Below, one piece after another: positions 37,501-52,000 of a DNA stretch of 64,000 nt (the stretch's first letter is position 1; each line of letters begins with the position of its first letter). Under the pieces are notes generated by a model. It was not told the DNA's origin, ran no database searches, and saw only the letters and a list, made by a program, of their open reading frames with translations. The DNA is taken from NCBI RefSeq assembly GCF_009914755.1, contig NC_060938.1. One strand, written 5' to 3'. A program made the translations under genes and the position numbers. The stretch is from the human T2T-CHM13v2.0 reference genome, Homo sapiens.

Positions 37501-40500
37501 AACATATCACTGCACTGATCACTGAAATGATGAAACTCTTGTATAGGCTTCGCCGACAGGGGGCATTGAGGCATATCTCTGCACTGATGACCGAGGTGAT
37601 GCAACTCTTGTCTGGGATCTGCTTACAGGGGGCTTTGTGACATATCTCGGCCCTGATCACCCAGGTGATGTAACTCTTGTCTAGGCTCTGCCTACTGGAG
37701 ACATTGTGACATATCTCCACACTGATCACCCAGGTGATGTCCCTTTTCTCAAGGATATGGCTACAGGGACTTTGTGACATGTCACTGCACTGATCACACA
37801 GCTGATGTAACACTTTTCTAGGCTCTGGCTACAGGGGGCTTGTGACACATCTCTGCACTGATCACCGAGGTGATGTAACCCTTCTCTAGGCTCTGTCAAG
37901 ATGGGGCATTGTGACATAACTCTGCACTGATCACACAGGTGATGGGACTCTTGTCTAGGCTCTGCCTACAGGGGCATTGTGACATATCTATGCAGTGATC
38001 ATGCAGTTGCTGTAACCCTTGTCTATATCTGCCTACTGGTGGCATTGTGGCATATTTCTGCAGTGATCACCCAGGTGATGGACTCTGGTCTTGGATCTGC
38101 CTATGGGGGCACAGTGACATATCTCTGCACTGATCACTCATGTGATGTAACGCTTGTCTAAGCTGCGCCTGAAGGGGAATTGTGACAGATATCTCCACTG
38201 ATCATCCAGGTGATGTAACACTTTTCTGGGATTTGTCTACGGGGGTCTTTGCGACATACCTTTGCACGGATCTCCGAGGTGATGTAACTCATCTAAGTTC
38301 TGCCTACAGGAGCTTTGTGACATATCTCTGCACTGATCTCTTAGGTGACTTAAAGCTTTTATAAGCACTGCCTACAGGGAATTTTGACAAATCTCTGCAC
38401 GGATCACCTAGGTGATGTAACTCTTGTCTACCCTCTAGCCAAAGGGGGCATTGTGAAATATCTCTGCACTGATCAACCAGGTGATGCAACTCTTCTCTAT
38501 GCTCTGCCTACAGGGGACATTATGACATATCTCTGCACTGATCAGCCAGGTGATTCAACTCTTGTCTAGGTTCTGCCTACAGGGTGTATTGTGAAATATC
38601 TGTGCACTGATCACCTAGGTGATGTAACTCTTGTCTAAGCTCTGCCTACAGGGGCGTTTTCACATATCCCTGAACTGATGACAAAGGTGATGTAACTCTT
38701 GCCTAGGCATTGCCTACAGGAGACATTGTGACATATCTCTGTGCTGATCACCCAGGTGATGCAACTCTTCTCTATGCTCTGCCTACAGGGGAAATTTTGA
38801 CATATCTCTGCACTGACAAGAAAGGTGATTCAACTGTTCTCTATGCTCTGCCTACAGGGGGATTTGAGACATATCTTGGCACTGATCACCCAGGTGATGT
38901 AACTCTTTTCTAGTCTTTGCCTACAGAGGGCGTTGTGACATCACTCTGCACGGATCACCCGGGTTATGTAACTCTCGTATACGCTCTGCCTACGGGGGCA
39001 TTGTGACTTATCTCTGCACTGATCACCCAGGTGATGCAACTCTTCTCTATGCTCTGCCTACAGAGGACGTTGTGAAATCACTCTGCACGGATCACCCGGT
39101 TTATGTTACTCTCCTCTGGGCTCTGCCAACGGGGGCATTGTGACTTATCTCTGCACTGATCACCCAGGAGATGTGACTCTTGTCTAAGCTCTGCGTACAG
39201 GGACATTGGGACATATCTCTGCACTGATCGCTGAGGTGATGTAAAATTGTCTATGCTTTGCCTACAGTGGGATTTATGACATATCTCTGCACTGATCACC
39301 CAGGTGATGGAACTCTTGTCTAGGCTCTGCTTACAGTGGGTATTGTGAGATATCTCTGCACTGATCACTCAGGTGTTGTAACTCTTTTCTGGGCTCTGCT
39401 TACAGGGTGTATTGTGAGCTATCTCTGCACTGCTCACCCAGGTGATGTAACAATTGTCTGGGCTTTGCCTACAGGGGGCTTAGTGATACACATTTCCACT
39501 GATCAACAGATGATATAAACCTTGTCAAGGTACTGCTTAGAGGGGCTTTTTGACACATCTCTGCACTGATCACCCAGGTGATGGAAGACTTCTCTAGGCT
39601 ATGTCTATGGGGGCATTGTGTCAAATATCTGCACTGATCACCCAGGTGATTTATCTCTTTTCTAGGCTCTGTCTACAGGGAATTTTGTGACATATCACTG
39701 CACTGATCACTAGGTGATGTAAGCCTTGTATGGGCTTTGCTTTCAGAAGGCTTTGTGACATATCTCTGCACTGATCTCTGAGGTCATGCAACTCTTGTCT
39801 AGGCACTGCCTCAGGGGACATTGGTAAATATCTCTGCACTGATCACCCAGTTGATGGACTCTTGTCTCAGATCTGCCTAAATGGACATTGTTACACATCT
39901 CTGAACTGATCAACCAAGTGATGAATCTCTTGTCTAGGCTCTGCCTACAGGGGCTTTGTGACACATGTCTGCACTGATCACCATTGGGTGGGAACTCTTG
40001 TCTACGGTCTGCCTAGAGGAGGCTTTATGACTTATACCTGCACTGATAACCTAGGTGATGTAACACTTGTCTAGACTCTGCCCACACGGGATTTCTCACA
40101 TATCTCTGCACTGATCACCCAGGTGATGTAACTCCTGTCTAAGTTCAGCCTGCAGGAGCCTTTTGACATATCTCTGCTCTGATCACTGAGGTGATGTAAC
40201 CCTTGTCTAAGCTCTGCCTTCAGGGGCATTGTCACAGATCTCTCCACTGCTCACCCAGGTGATGTAACAATTGTCTGAGCTTTGCCTATAGGGGGCTTTG
40301 TGATATACATTCCCACTGATCAAACAGGTGATGTAACCCTTGTCAAGGTTCTGCTTACAGTGGCTTTGTGACATATCTCTGCACTGATCACCCAGGGAGG
40401 AAACACTTGTCTACACTCTGCCTACAGGAGGCTTTACGACTTATCCCTGCACTGATCACTAGGTGATGGAACACTTGTCTAGGCTCTGTCTGCACGGGAA

Positions 40501-40771
40501 TTTTCACAGATCTCTACACTGATCACCTAAGTGATGTAACCCTTGTCTAGGTTCAGCCTACTGGGGATTTCTGACATACCTATGCACTGATCACCGAGGA
40601 GATGTAAATCATTTCCATGCTTTTTGTACAGGGGACATTGTGATATATTTCTGCACTGATCACCCAAATGATGCAAATCTTCTCTAGGCTCCACAGGGAG
40701 GGGGCATTGTGACATATTTCTGAACTGATCATCCAGGAGTAGTAACTATTCTCCCGGCTTTGACTAAAGAG
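31559..40771 (-). repeat. Beta satellite array 6
   Basis: Continuous ~68-bp monomers, - orientation. Confidence 0.97.
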
Positions 40772-41472
40772 CATCGGAAGGTGTTAGGAGAGCCTCAGCC
40801 GGAATTTCATGGAGGGACAAGGGCACAGAGAGGCCAGCGGGTTTCCTTGCACGTCAGCCGGGTTGCACAATGAGCGCAGGTCTAGCCAGGAGGCAGGCAA
40901 AGAGAGCTAGAGATCTGCGTTCCACCGCCAGGCACTCCGTGGTGGCAGCTGAGAGGTTGCAGGAACACGGGCGGGCCGGTGATGGTGGCGCAGAGGCACA
41001 GAGGAGGCGAGAAGCCAGAGGGGTGTCAAGCCAGGACGCTTCGCGGGCCCATTGTTTCGCGGGATGGGGGTCTCCACCCAGCCCAGGGGAGGACGCATTT
41101 TCCGGGGGTGGGTGTTGGGGGTGGGGACGGGGTGGTCAGGCGGGGGTGGGGTGGTGGAAAGACATGATACCTCTGCCCGGGCTGCTCCCACAGTGCAGGC
41201 TGCCACCCCCAAACACGCGCGTGCGCCCTAGGTGGCCCAACTGCTGGTACCTGGGCCGGCTCTGGGATCCCCTGGATGCCCAGGAAAGAATGGCAGTTCT
41301 CTGCTGTGTGGAGTCTCTCACCGGGCCTAGACATAGAAGGGAGGAATCCCATGCCGGTCAGCCCGTTGGGGGTGGTAGGGGGAAGACACGCCCATCCATA
41401 GCCAGCCAGGTGTTCCCCGTGAAAGAGAGGCCACCGCCCTGCCCCTACGCGACCCCGTCCCAACCTCGCGTC

Positions 41473-42909
<1,437 letters not shown>

Positions 42910-44592
42910 CTACCCTTCATGAATGATGGTGAGCCCTGGGACAACATGCCCCACCCCGGAAGAGTCCCAGGGTGTCGAGGCCTGCGGCCAGGGGTTGGTG
43001 GTGTGGGGGGAAGGCGTGGTGACGGCGGTGTTGGGGCTGGAGAGACGAAGAGGAAGGGGGCAAGGGGGAAGGGGTGAGGGGGGCGTGTTTCAGGAACTGG
43101 CTCTCCGGACCTCTCCAGGAATCCCGCAGGAACTGGAAGCCGCTCTCTGGGCTCCCGGGCGTCTTCAGCAGGGAGAAACCGGCCTGGGAGGGTGGAGGGG
43201 AGTGTGGAACTGAACCTCCGTGGGAGTCTTGAGTGTTCCAGGCCCTCTCTCCGTGAAGGAGGCAGTGCCTGTGGGTGTCGCCGTTGCCAGGACAGTCTCA
43301 CACACGCAGGCTTGTGGCTCTCTTTCATTTCCACATAGGAGAGCAGAGCGAGACCCCAGAGAGAAGATGCCTTCCCGGCGTGATGGCCTGATGATGGATT
43401 CCCGTGTGTGGCAACATGGGGAGTCTGCAGTGTGGCCGGTTTGGAAACTGGCAAGGAGAGCGAAGGCACCATGCCTGTCTTCCACCCTTCCCTGCATGCT
43501 TCTGGGTGCCCGCAGATCTCCGGGAGCAAACAGTCAGAATGGCCAGCCTTTCGGGGTCCGGACAGACGTGAGCAACAGGCCGCCTTGCAGAGTGCAAAGC
43601 CACACGGAAACCAAAATCAAGCCTCCCTCGTCCCGAGTGTGGCTCCTCCGTGGTCGGGGCTGTCATCCTCGCACTCCATTGTGGGATTCAGCCTGGGGAC
43701 CTGTGGTCTGTGAACCATGCTGGTGAAAACCCGACGGCAACCTGAGTCCCGGTCTTTTGTCTCTGAGGAAACAGCCCATTCCCTGGGCCACGGAATCGGG
43801 GCAAATGAGTTTCCCGCCGACCGACGCTGTGGCTGTGGCACGAGCCCTCAGCCCGCGCCGGACGCTTACCGTTTTCCCGGAGGGTGGGGGTCCCGTTCCT
43901 CCCCGAGGCAGAACACCGCTTTTCCTCTGTGCCTTCGTCCCTCTGTCCTCGGCTCCCTAGCACCCGTCCCAGTCCCTGTGTTGCTCTGTCTTTCCCTCTG
44001 TTCCTCCCTGCCTCCCTCCCTCCTTGCCTCCCTCCCTGCTAACGTCCCTCCTTCCATCCTTCCGCCCCTCTAGGTCTCCCGTTCCTCTCTCCATCTCTGC
44101 CCGCCTTCCCTCCCTCCTGGAATGCTCATCGCCTCCAGTGTGCCCCGGGCCTCGGGTCTGCGTTCCACCGCCAGGCGCTCCATGGCGGCAGCTGGGAGGC
44201 TGCAGGGGCACGGGCAGGCCAGCGACGGTGGCGCAGAGGAGGCTAGCCGCTGGAGTGGTGTCAGGCCTGGACGCTGCCCAGGCCAGTTGTTTTGCGGGAT
44301 GGGGGATTCCACCCAGCCCAGGGGAGGACGCATTTTCCGTGGGTGTGGGGTGGTGGAAAGTCATGGGAGCTCTACCCGGGCTGCTCCCACAGCCCAGGCG
44401 GCTGCCCGCAAACCCGCGCATATGCAGTAGGCGGCCCACTTGCTGGTACCTGGGCCGTCTCTGGGATCCCCGGGTTGCCCAGAAAAGAATGGCAGTTCTC
44501 TGCTGTGTGGAGTCTCTCACCAGGCCTAGACTTAGAAGACAGGAATCCCAGGTCGGTGAGCCAGGTGGAGGGGGCAGGGGGAAGACACGCCC

Positions 44593-45237
44593 CTACATAG
44601 CCAGCCAGGTTTTCCCCACGAAAGAGAGGCCACCGCCCTGCCACGACCCGACACCGTCCCAACCCCGCATCCTAAAGCTCCTCCAGCAGTGTCCGGTATT
44701 CTTCCTTGCTGAGGGGTGCTCCAGTGAGAAGGCCTCTTCCAACGCCTCCAGCTCCCCCGGGGCCTCCGTTTCTAGGAAAGGTTGCGCCTGCTGCAGAAAC
44801 TCCGGGCTCACCAGGAGCTCATCCAGCAGCAGGCCGGAGGGGAGTGTAGACGAACGCCCCAGCTCCTGGAGCGCCTGGGAGGGGGCCGGGATGCCTTGCA
44901 TCTGCCCCTGCTGCCCGGAGGCCTCCGGGGTCGAGGGCTGGCGAGGTGGAGCTGCTCCGGCTTGGGGCTCCCATGCCGCCCTGGCGACCTGGGGACCCCA
45001 GACCGAGCCCCAACACGGACTCCCCTGTGACGTGGGTGGTGCAAGCACAACTTGGCCCTGTGGCCCCGCTTGAGCAGTCCCAGGCTGTCCCACCGTGCAA
45101 GGGACCGGCAGGCCGTCATGCTGCGGGAGCCAGTCCTCCTGGGTTTTGCCGTGGTGCGAAGGCCACCGAGGAGCCTGAGGGTGGGAGAGCGTCCCTTCCG
45201 GAGGAGCCGGGCTGTCCGAAGGTGTCGGGAGGGCCAT
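44593..45237 (-). pseudogene. DUX4L: DUX4-like copy G; both homeoboxes deleted in frame; 214-aa ORF with frameshifted tail
   Basis: MALPTPSDS|[14 protein letters not shown]...[38 protein letters not shown], then out of frame; the native stop sits at 44672-44674. Confidence 0.88.
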
Positions 45238-45373
45238 CACTGGGAGCTCTGGCCAGAATTTCACGGACAGACACGGTCAGAGAGAGGCCGGTGGGCTCTC
45301 GTGCACCTCAGCCGGCCTGTACACTGCGGCAGATGCAGCCAGGAAGCCTGCCAGGACAGCCAGCCAGCGGCTC

Positions 45374-45378
45374 TTATA
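45374..45378 (-). promoter_or_regulatory. TATAA box of DUX copy G
   Basis: GGCCTTTATAAGAGCC on the - strand, preceded by CGCCATTCATGAAGG. Confidence 0.7.
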
Positions 45379-46033
45379 AAGGCCCGTAGGCAGGTAGGCT
45401 CCACGCCTTCATGAATGGCGATGAGCCCTGGGACACCCCGCACCACCACGGAAGGGTCCAAGGGCATCGAGGCCTGCGGCCAAGGGGTGGTGTGGTGGGG
45501 GGGGAGGGCGTGGTGATGGCGGTGGTGGGGCCGGAGGGACGAAGAGGAAGGGGGCGAGGGGGAAGGGGTGAGGGGTCACCTTTCAGGGCCTGGCTCTCCG
45601 GACCTCTCCAGGAATCCCGCGGGAACTGGAAGCCGCTCTCTGGGCTCCCAATGTCTTCAGCAGGGAGAAATCGGCCTGGGAGGGTGGAGGGGAGTGTGGA
45701 ACTGAACCTCCGTGGGAGTCTTGAGTGTTCCGGGTCCTCTAACCGTGAAGGAGGCAGTGCCTGTGGGTGTCGCCGTTGTCGGCATAGTCTCACACGCGCA
45801 GGCGTGTGGCTCTCGTTCATTTCCACGTAGGAGACCAGAGCGAGACCCCAGAGAGACGATGTCTCCCCGGCGGGATGGCCTGACGATGGAATCCCGTGTG
45901 CGGCAACATGGGGAGTCTGCAGTGTGGCCGGTTTGGAAACTGGCAAGGACAGCGAAGGCACCATGCCTGTCTTCCACCCTTCCCTGCACGTTTCCGGGTG
46001 CCTGCAGAGCTCCGGGAGCAAACAGTCAGCATG

Positions 46034-49000
46034 ACACAACTCTGAACATATCAACAAAGTGATGTAACCTTTGTGTAGGGTATGTCTACAGGGATTTCGT
46101 GACATATCTCTGCACTAATCACCCAGCTGATGGGACTTTTGTCTAGGCTCTGCCATTGGGGGCATTGTGACATATCTCGACACTGATCACCCAGGTGATG
46201 TAACTCTTCTTTTGGATCTGACTATGGAGACATTGTGACATATTTCTGCACTGATCACCCAGGTGATGGGACTCTTGTCTAGGCTCTGTGTATGGGGGCT
46301 TTGTGACATATCTCTGCACTGATCACCCAGGTAATGTAATGCTTGACTAGGCTCTGCTTACTGGGCATAGTGACATATCACTGCATTGATCACCGAGGTG
46401 ATGTAACTTGTCCAGGCTCTGCCTATAGGGGGCCTTGTGACATATCTCTGCACTGATCATCTAGGTGATGTAACTATTGCTTATGCTCTGCCTGCAGGGG
46501 CATTGTGAAATATCTCTGCACTGATCACCCAGGTGATGGGACTCTTCTCTAGGCTCTGCCTACTGTGGGCATTGTCACATATTTCTGCATTGATCACCCA
46601 GGTGACGGACTCTTCTCTTGGATTTGCCTTTGGGCGCATTGTGACATATCTCTGCACTGATCACCCAGGTGATGTAACTCTGGTCTAAGCTCTGCCTAAA
46701 GGTTCATTGTGACAGATCTCTGTACTGATTACTCAGGTGATGTAACTACTGTCTAGGCTCTGCTTAAAGGGGCCTTGTCACATATCTCTGCACTGATCAC
46801 CCAGGTGAGGTAACCCTTGTCTAGGCTCTGCTTACAGGGGGTATTGTGACATATCTCTGCACGGATCACCTAAGTGATGTAACACTTGTATAGGCTCTGC
46901 CTACAGGAGCATTTTGACATATCTCTGTACTGTTAACCGAGGTGACGTAACTCTTGTCTAGGCTGTGCCCACAGGGGAATTGAGACATATCTCTGCACTG
47001 ATCCCGAGGTGATCCAACTCTTGCCTGGTCTCTGCCTACTGGGGACATTGTGACATATATCTGCACTGATCTCCCAGGAGATGTGACTCTTGTCTAAGCT
47101 CTGCCTAGAGGGACATTCGGTCATATCTCTGCACTGATCGCTGAGGTGATGTAAAACTTGTCTAGGCTTTGCCTACAGTGGGATTTATGACATATCTCTG
47201 CACTGATCACCCAGGTGATGTAAGTCTTGTCTAGGCTCTGCTTACAGGGGGTATTGTGAGACATCTCTGCACTGATCACCCAGGTGATGGAACTCTTGTC
47301 TGGGCTCTGCCTACAGGGGCATTTTTACATATCACTGCACTGATCACCGAGATGATGTAACTCTTGTATAGGCTTTGCCGACGGGGGGCATTGTGACATG
47401 TCTCTGCACTGATCACTGAGGTGATGCCACTCTTCTCTGGTATCTGCTTACAGGGGGCATTGTGACATATCTCTGCCCTGATCACACAGGTGTTGTAACT
47501 CTTGTCTAGGCTCTGCCTACTGGAGAAATTGTGACATATCTCCGCACTGATCACCCATTTGATGTCACTTTTCTGAAGGATATGGCTACAGGGATATTGT
47601 GACATGTCACTGCACTGATCACACAGCTGATGTGACTCTTGTCTAGGCTCTGGCTACAGGGGGCTTGTGACACATTTCTGCACTGATCACCCAGGTGATG
47701 TAACCCTTTTCTAGTCTCTGCCAAAAGGGGGCATTGTGACATAACTCTGCACTGATCACCCAGGTGATGGGACTCTTGTCTAGGCTCTGCGTACAGGGGC
47801 ATTGTGACATATCCCTGCAGTGATCACACAGGTGATGTAACTCTTGTCGATATCTGCCTACTGGCGGCATTGTGGAATATTTCTGCACTGATCACCCAGG
47901 TGATGGACCCTTGTCTTGGATCTGCCTATGGGGGCATAGTGACATATCTCTGCACGGATCACTCATGTGATGTAACCCTTGTCTAAGCTGTGCCTGAAGG
48001 GGAATTGTGACAAATATCTCCACTGATCACCCAGGTGATGTAACAATTTTCTGGGATTTGTCTACAGGGGCTTTGTGACATGTCTTTGCACTGATCACCC
48101 AGGAGATGTAACAACTCTTGTCTAGGCTCGGCCTACAGGGGCTTTGTGACATATTTCTGCAATGATCATCCAGGTGATGTAACTCTTGTTTAGGATCTGC
48201 CTACAGGGGCTTTGTGACATATCTCAGCAATGATCACCCAGTTGATGTAACTCTTGTCTAGGCTCCACGTACAGGGGGTATTGTGACGTATCTCCGCACT
48301 GATCACCCAGGTGACAGACTCTTGTCTTTCATCTGCTTATGGGGGCATTGTGACATATCTCTGAACTGATCACCTAGGTGATGGGGCTCTTTTCTAGGCT
48401 CTGTGTATGGAGGCTTTGTGACATATCTCTGCACTGATCTCCCAGGTGATGTAACGTTTTACCAGGCTCTGCCTATGGGGCATATTGACATACCACTGCA
48501 TTGATCACCCATGTAATGTAACTCTTGTCCAGGCTCTGACTATAGGGGGCCTTGTTACATATCTCTGTACTGATCATCAAGGTGATGTAACTCTTGCTTA
48601 TGCTCTGCCTGCAGGGACATTGTGAAATATCTCTCCACAGATCACCCAGGTGATGGGACTCTTCTCTAGGCTCTGCCTCCTGGGAGCATTGTCACATATT
48701 TTTGCACTGATCACCCAGGTGACGGAATCTTGTCTTGAATTTGCCTATGGGGGCATTGTGACATATCTCTGCACTGATCACTTAGGTGATGTAACTATTT
48801 TCTAGGCTCTGCTTAAAGGGGCCTTGTCACATATCTCTGCACTGGTCACCCAGGTGATGTAACTCTTGTCTAGGCTCTGCTTACAGAGGGTATTGTGACA
48901 TATATCTGCAGTGATCACCTAAGTGATGTAACAATTGTGTACGCTCTGCCTACAGGGGCATTTTAACATATCTCTGCACTGTTAACCGAGGTGATGTAAC

Positions 49001-52000
49001 TCTTCTCTAGGCAGTGCCCACAGGGAGATTGAGACATATCTCTGCACTGATCCCGAGGTGATCCAACTCTTGCCTGGTCTCTGCCTACTGGGGACATTGT
49101 GACATATCTCTGCACTGCTCTCCCAGGTGGTATAACTTAAGTCCAAGCTCTGGTTACAAGACGTTGTGACATATCACTGCACTGATCACCCAGGTGATAT
49201 AACTCTTCTCTAGGATCTGCATACAGGGTGCTTTGTGACATATCCCTGCAGTGATCACCCAGGTGATATACCACTTGTCAAGGCTTTTCCTACAGTGGCA
49301 TTGCGATGTATCTCTGCACTGATCACCTAGGTCATGTAACTCTTGTCTAGGCTCTGCCAACAGTGGCATTGTGACATATCTCTGCACTGATCACCCAGGT
49401 GATGTAACCATTTTCTAGGATCTGCCTAAAGGGACTTTGTGACGTAAATCTGCACTGATCATCCTGGTGATGGGGTTTCTGTCTAGGCTCTGCCTAAGGG
49501 GGCATTGTGACATATTTCTGCACTGATCGCCCAGGTGACGGACTCTTGTCTTGGATATTCCTATGGGGGCATTGTGACATATCTCTGCACTGATCACCCA
49601 GGTGATATAACTCTTTTCTAGGATCTGCCTACAGGGTGCTTTGTGACATATCCCTGCAATGATCACCCAAGTGATGTACCACTTGTCAAGGCTCTGCTTA
49701 CAGGGACATTGCGATTTTTCTCTGCACTGATCACTTAGGTCATGATACTCTTGTCTAGGCTCTGCCTATGGTGGCTTTGTGACATATCTGTGTACTGATC
49801 ATCCTTGTGATGTAACTCTTGTCTAGTATCTGCCTAAAGGGACTTTGTGACATAACTCTGCACTGATCATCCAGGTGATGGGGCTTTTCTCTAGGTTCTG
49901 CCTAAGGGGACATTTTGACATATTTCTGCACTGATCACCCAGGTGATTCAACTGTTCTCTATGCTCTGCATACAGGGGATATTGTGACATATCTCTGCAC
50001 TGATCACCCTGGTGATGCAACTTTTCTCTATGTTCTGCCTACAGGGGGCACTGTGACATAAGTCTGCACTGATGACCCAGGTGATGTAACTCTTTTCTAG
50101 TCTCTGCCTACAGAGGGCGCTGTGGCATCACTCTGCACGGATCACCCGGGTTATGTAACTCTCGTCTAGGATCTGCCTACGGGGGCATTTTGACTTATCT
50201 CTCCACTGATCACCCAGGAGATGTGACTCTTGTCTAAGCCCTGCCTAGAGGGACATTGGACTATATCTCTGCACTGATCACTGAGGTGATGTAAAACTTG
50301 TCTACGATTTGCCTACAGTGGGATTTATGACATATCTCTGCACTGATCACCCAGGTGATGTAACTCTTGTCTAGGCTCTGCCTACAGGGGCATTTTAACA
50401 TATCACTGCACTGATCACCGAGATGATGTAACTCTTGTATAGGCTTCGCCGACAGGGGGCATTGAGACATATCTCTGCACTGAACACCGTGGTGATGCAA
50501 CTCTTGTCTGGGATCCGCTTAGAGGGGGCATTGTGACATCTCTCTGCCCTGATCACCCAGGTGATGTAACTCTTGTCTAGGGTCTTCCTACTGGAGATAT
50601 TGTGACATATGTCTCCACTGATCACACAGGTGATGTCACTTTTCTCAAGGATATGGCTACAGGGACATTGTGACATGTCACTGCACTGATCACACAGCTG
50701 ATGTAACTCTTGTCTAGGCTCTGGGTACAGGGGTCTTCTGACACATGTCTGCACTGATCACCCAGGTGATGTAACCTTTCTCTAGGCTCTGTCAAGAGGG
50801 GGCATTGTGACATAACTCTGCACTGATCACCCAGGTGATGGGACTCTTGTCTAGGCTCTGCCTCCAGGGGTTTTGTGACATATCTCTTACTGAGCACCCA
50901 GTTGATGTAACTCTTGTCTAGTCTCCACCTACAGGGAGTATTGTGTCGTATCTCTGCACTGATCACGCAGGTGATGGATTTTCTTCTTAGATCTGCCTAC
51001 ATGGACATTGTGACACATCTCTGAACTGATCAACCAAGTGATGAAACTCTTGTCTAGTCTCTGCCTACAGGGGCTTTATGACACATCTCTGCACTGATCA
51101 CCATGGGGAGGGAACTCTTGTCTACGCTCTGCCTACAGGAGGCTTTATGACTTATACCTGCACTGATAACCTAGGTGATGTAACACTTGTCTAGGCTCTG
51201 CCTACACAGGAATTCTCAAACATCTCTGCACTGATCATCCAGGTGACGGACTCTTGTCTTGGATCTGCCTATGGGAGCATTGTGACATATCTCTGCACTG
51301 ATCACCCAGGTGATGTACCTGTTGTATAAGCTCTGCCTACAGGGGAATTGTGAGAGATCTCGCCACTGATCACCCAAGTGATGTAACTACTCTATAGGCT
51401 TTGCCTACATGGGGCTTTGTGACATACCTTTGCATGGATCTCCGAGGTGATGTAACTCATCTAAGTTCTGCCTACAGGAGCTTTGTGACATATCTCTGCA
51501 CTGATCACTTAGGTGATGTAACACTTTTATAAGCACTGCCTACAGGGAATTTTGACAAATCTCTGCACGGATCACCTAGGTGATGTAACTCTTGTTTACC
51601 CTCTGCCCAAAGGGGGCATTGTGAAATATCTCCGCACTGATCACCCAGGTGATGTAACTCTTGTCTGGGCTCTTCTTACAGGGGGTATTGTGAGATATGT
51701 CTGCACTGATCATCCAGGTGATGTAACTCTTGTCTAGGCTCTGCCTACAGAGACATTTTAACATATCACTGCACTGATCACCGAGATGATGTAACTCTTG
51801 TATAGGCTTCGCCGACAGGGGGCATTGAGACATATCTCTGCACTGATCACCAAGGTGATGCAACTCTTGTCTGGGATCTGCTTAGAGGGGGCATTGTGAC
51901 ATATCTGTGCCCTGATCACCCAGGTGATGTAACTCTTGTCTAGGCTCTGCCTACTGGAGACATTGTGACATATCTCTGCACTGCTCACCCAGGTGATGTC

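Noticed and set aside
44024-45073. Long antisense and alternate-frame ORFs in D4Z4 units (349 aa here; also 29143-30087, 21916-22824, 20877-21830, 3234-4085)
   Set aside because: Expected in very GC-rich DNA; starts and stops are not conserved between copies and no domains are recognisable
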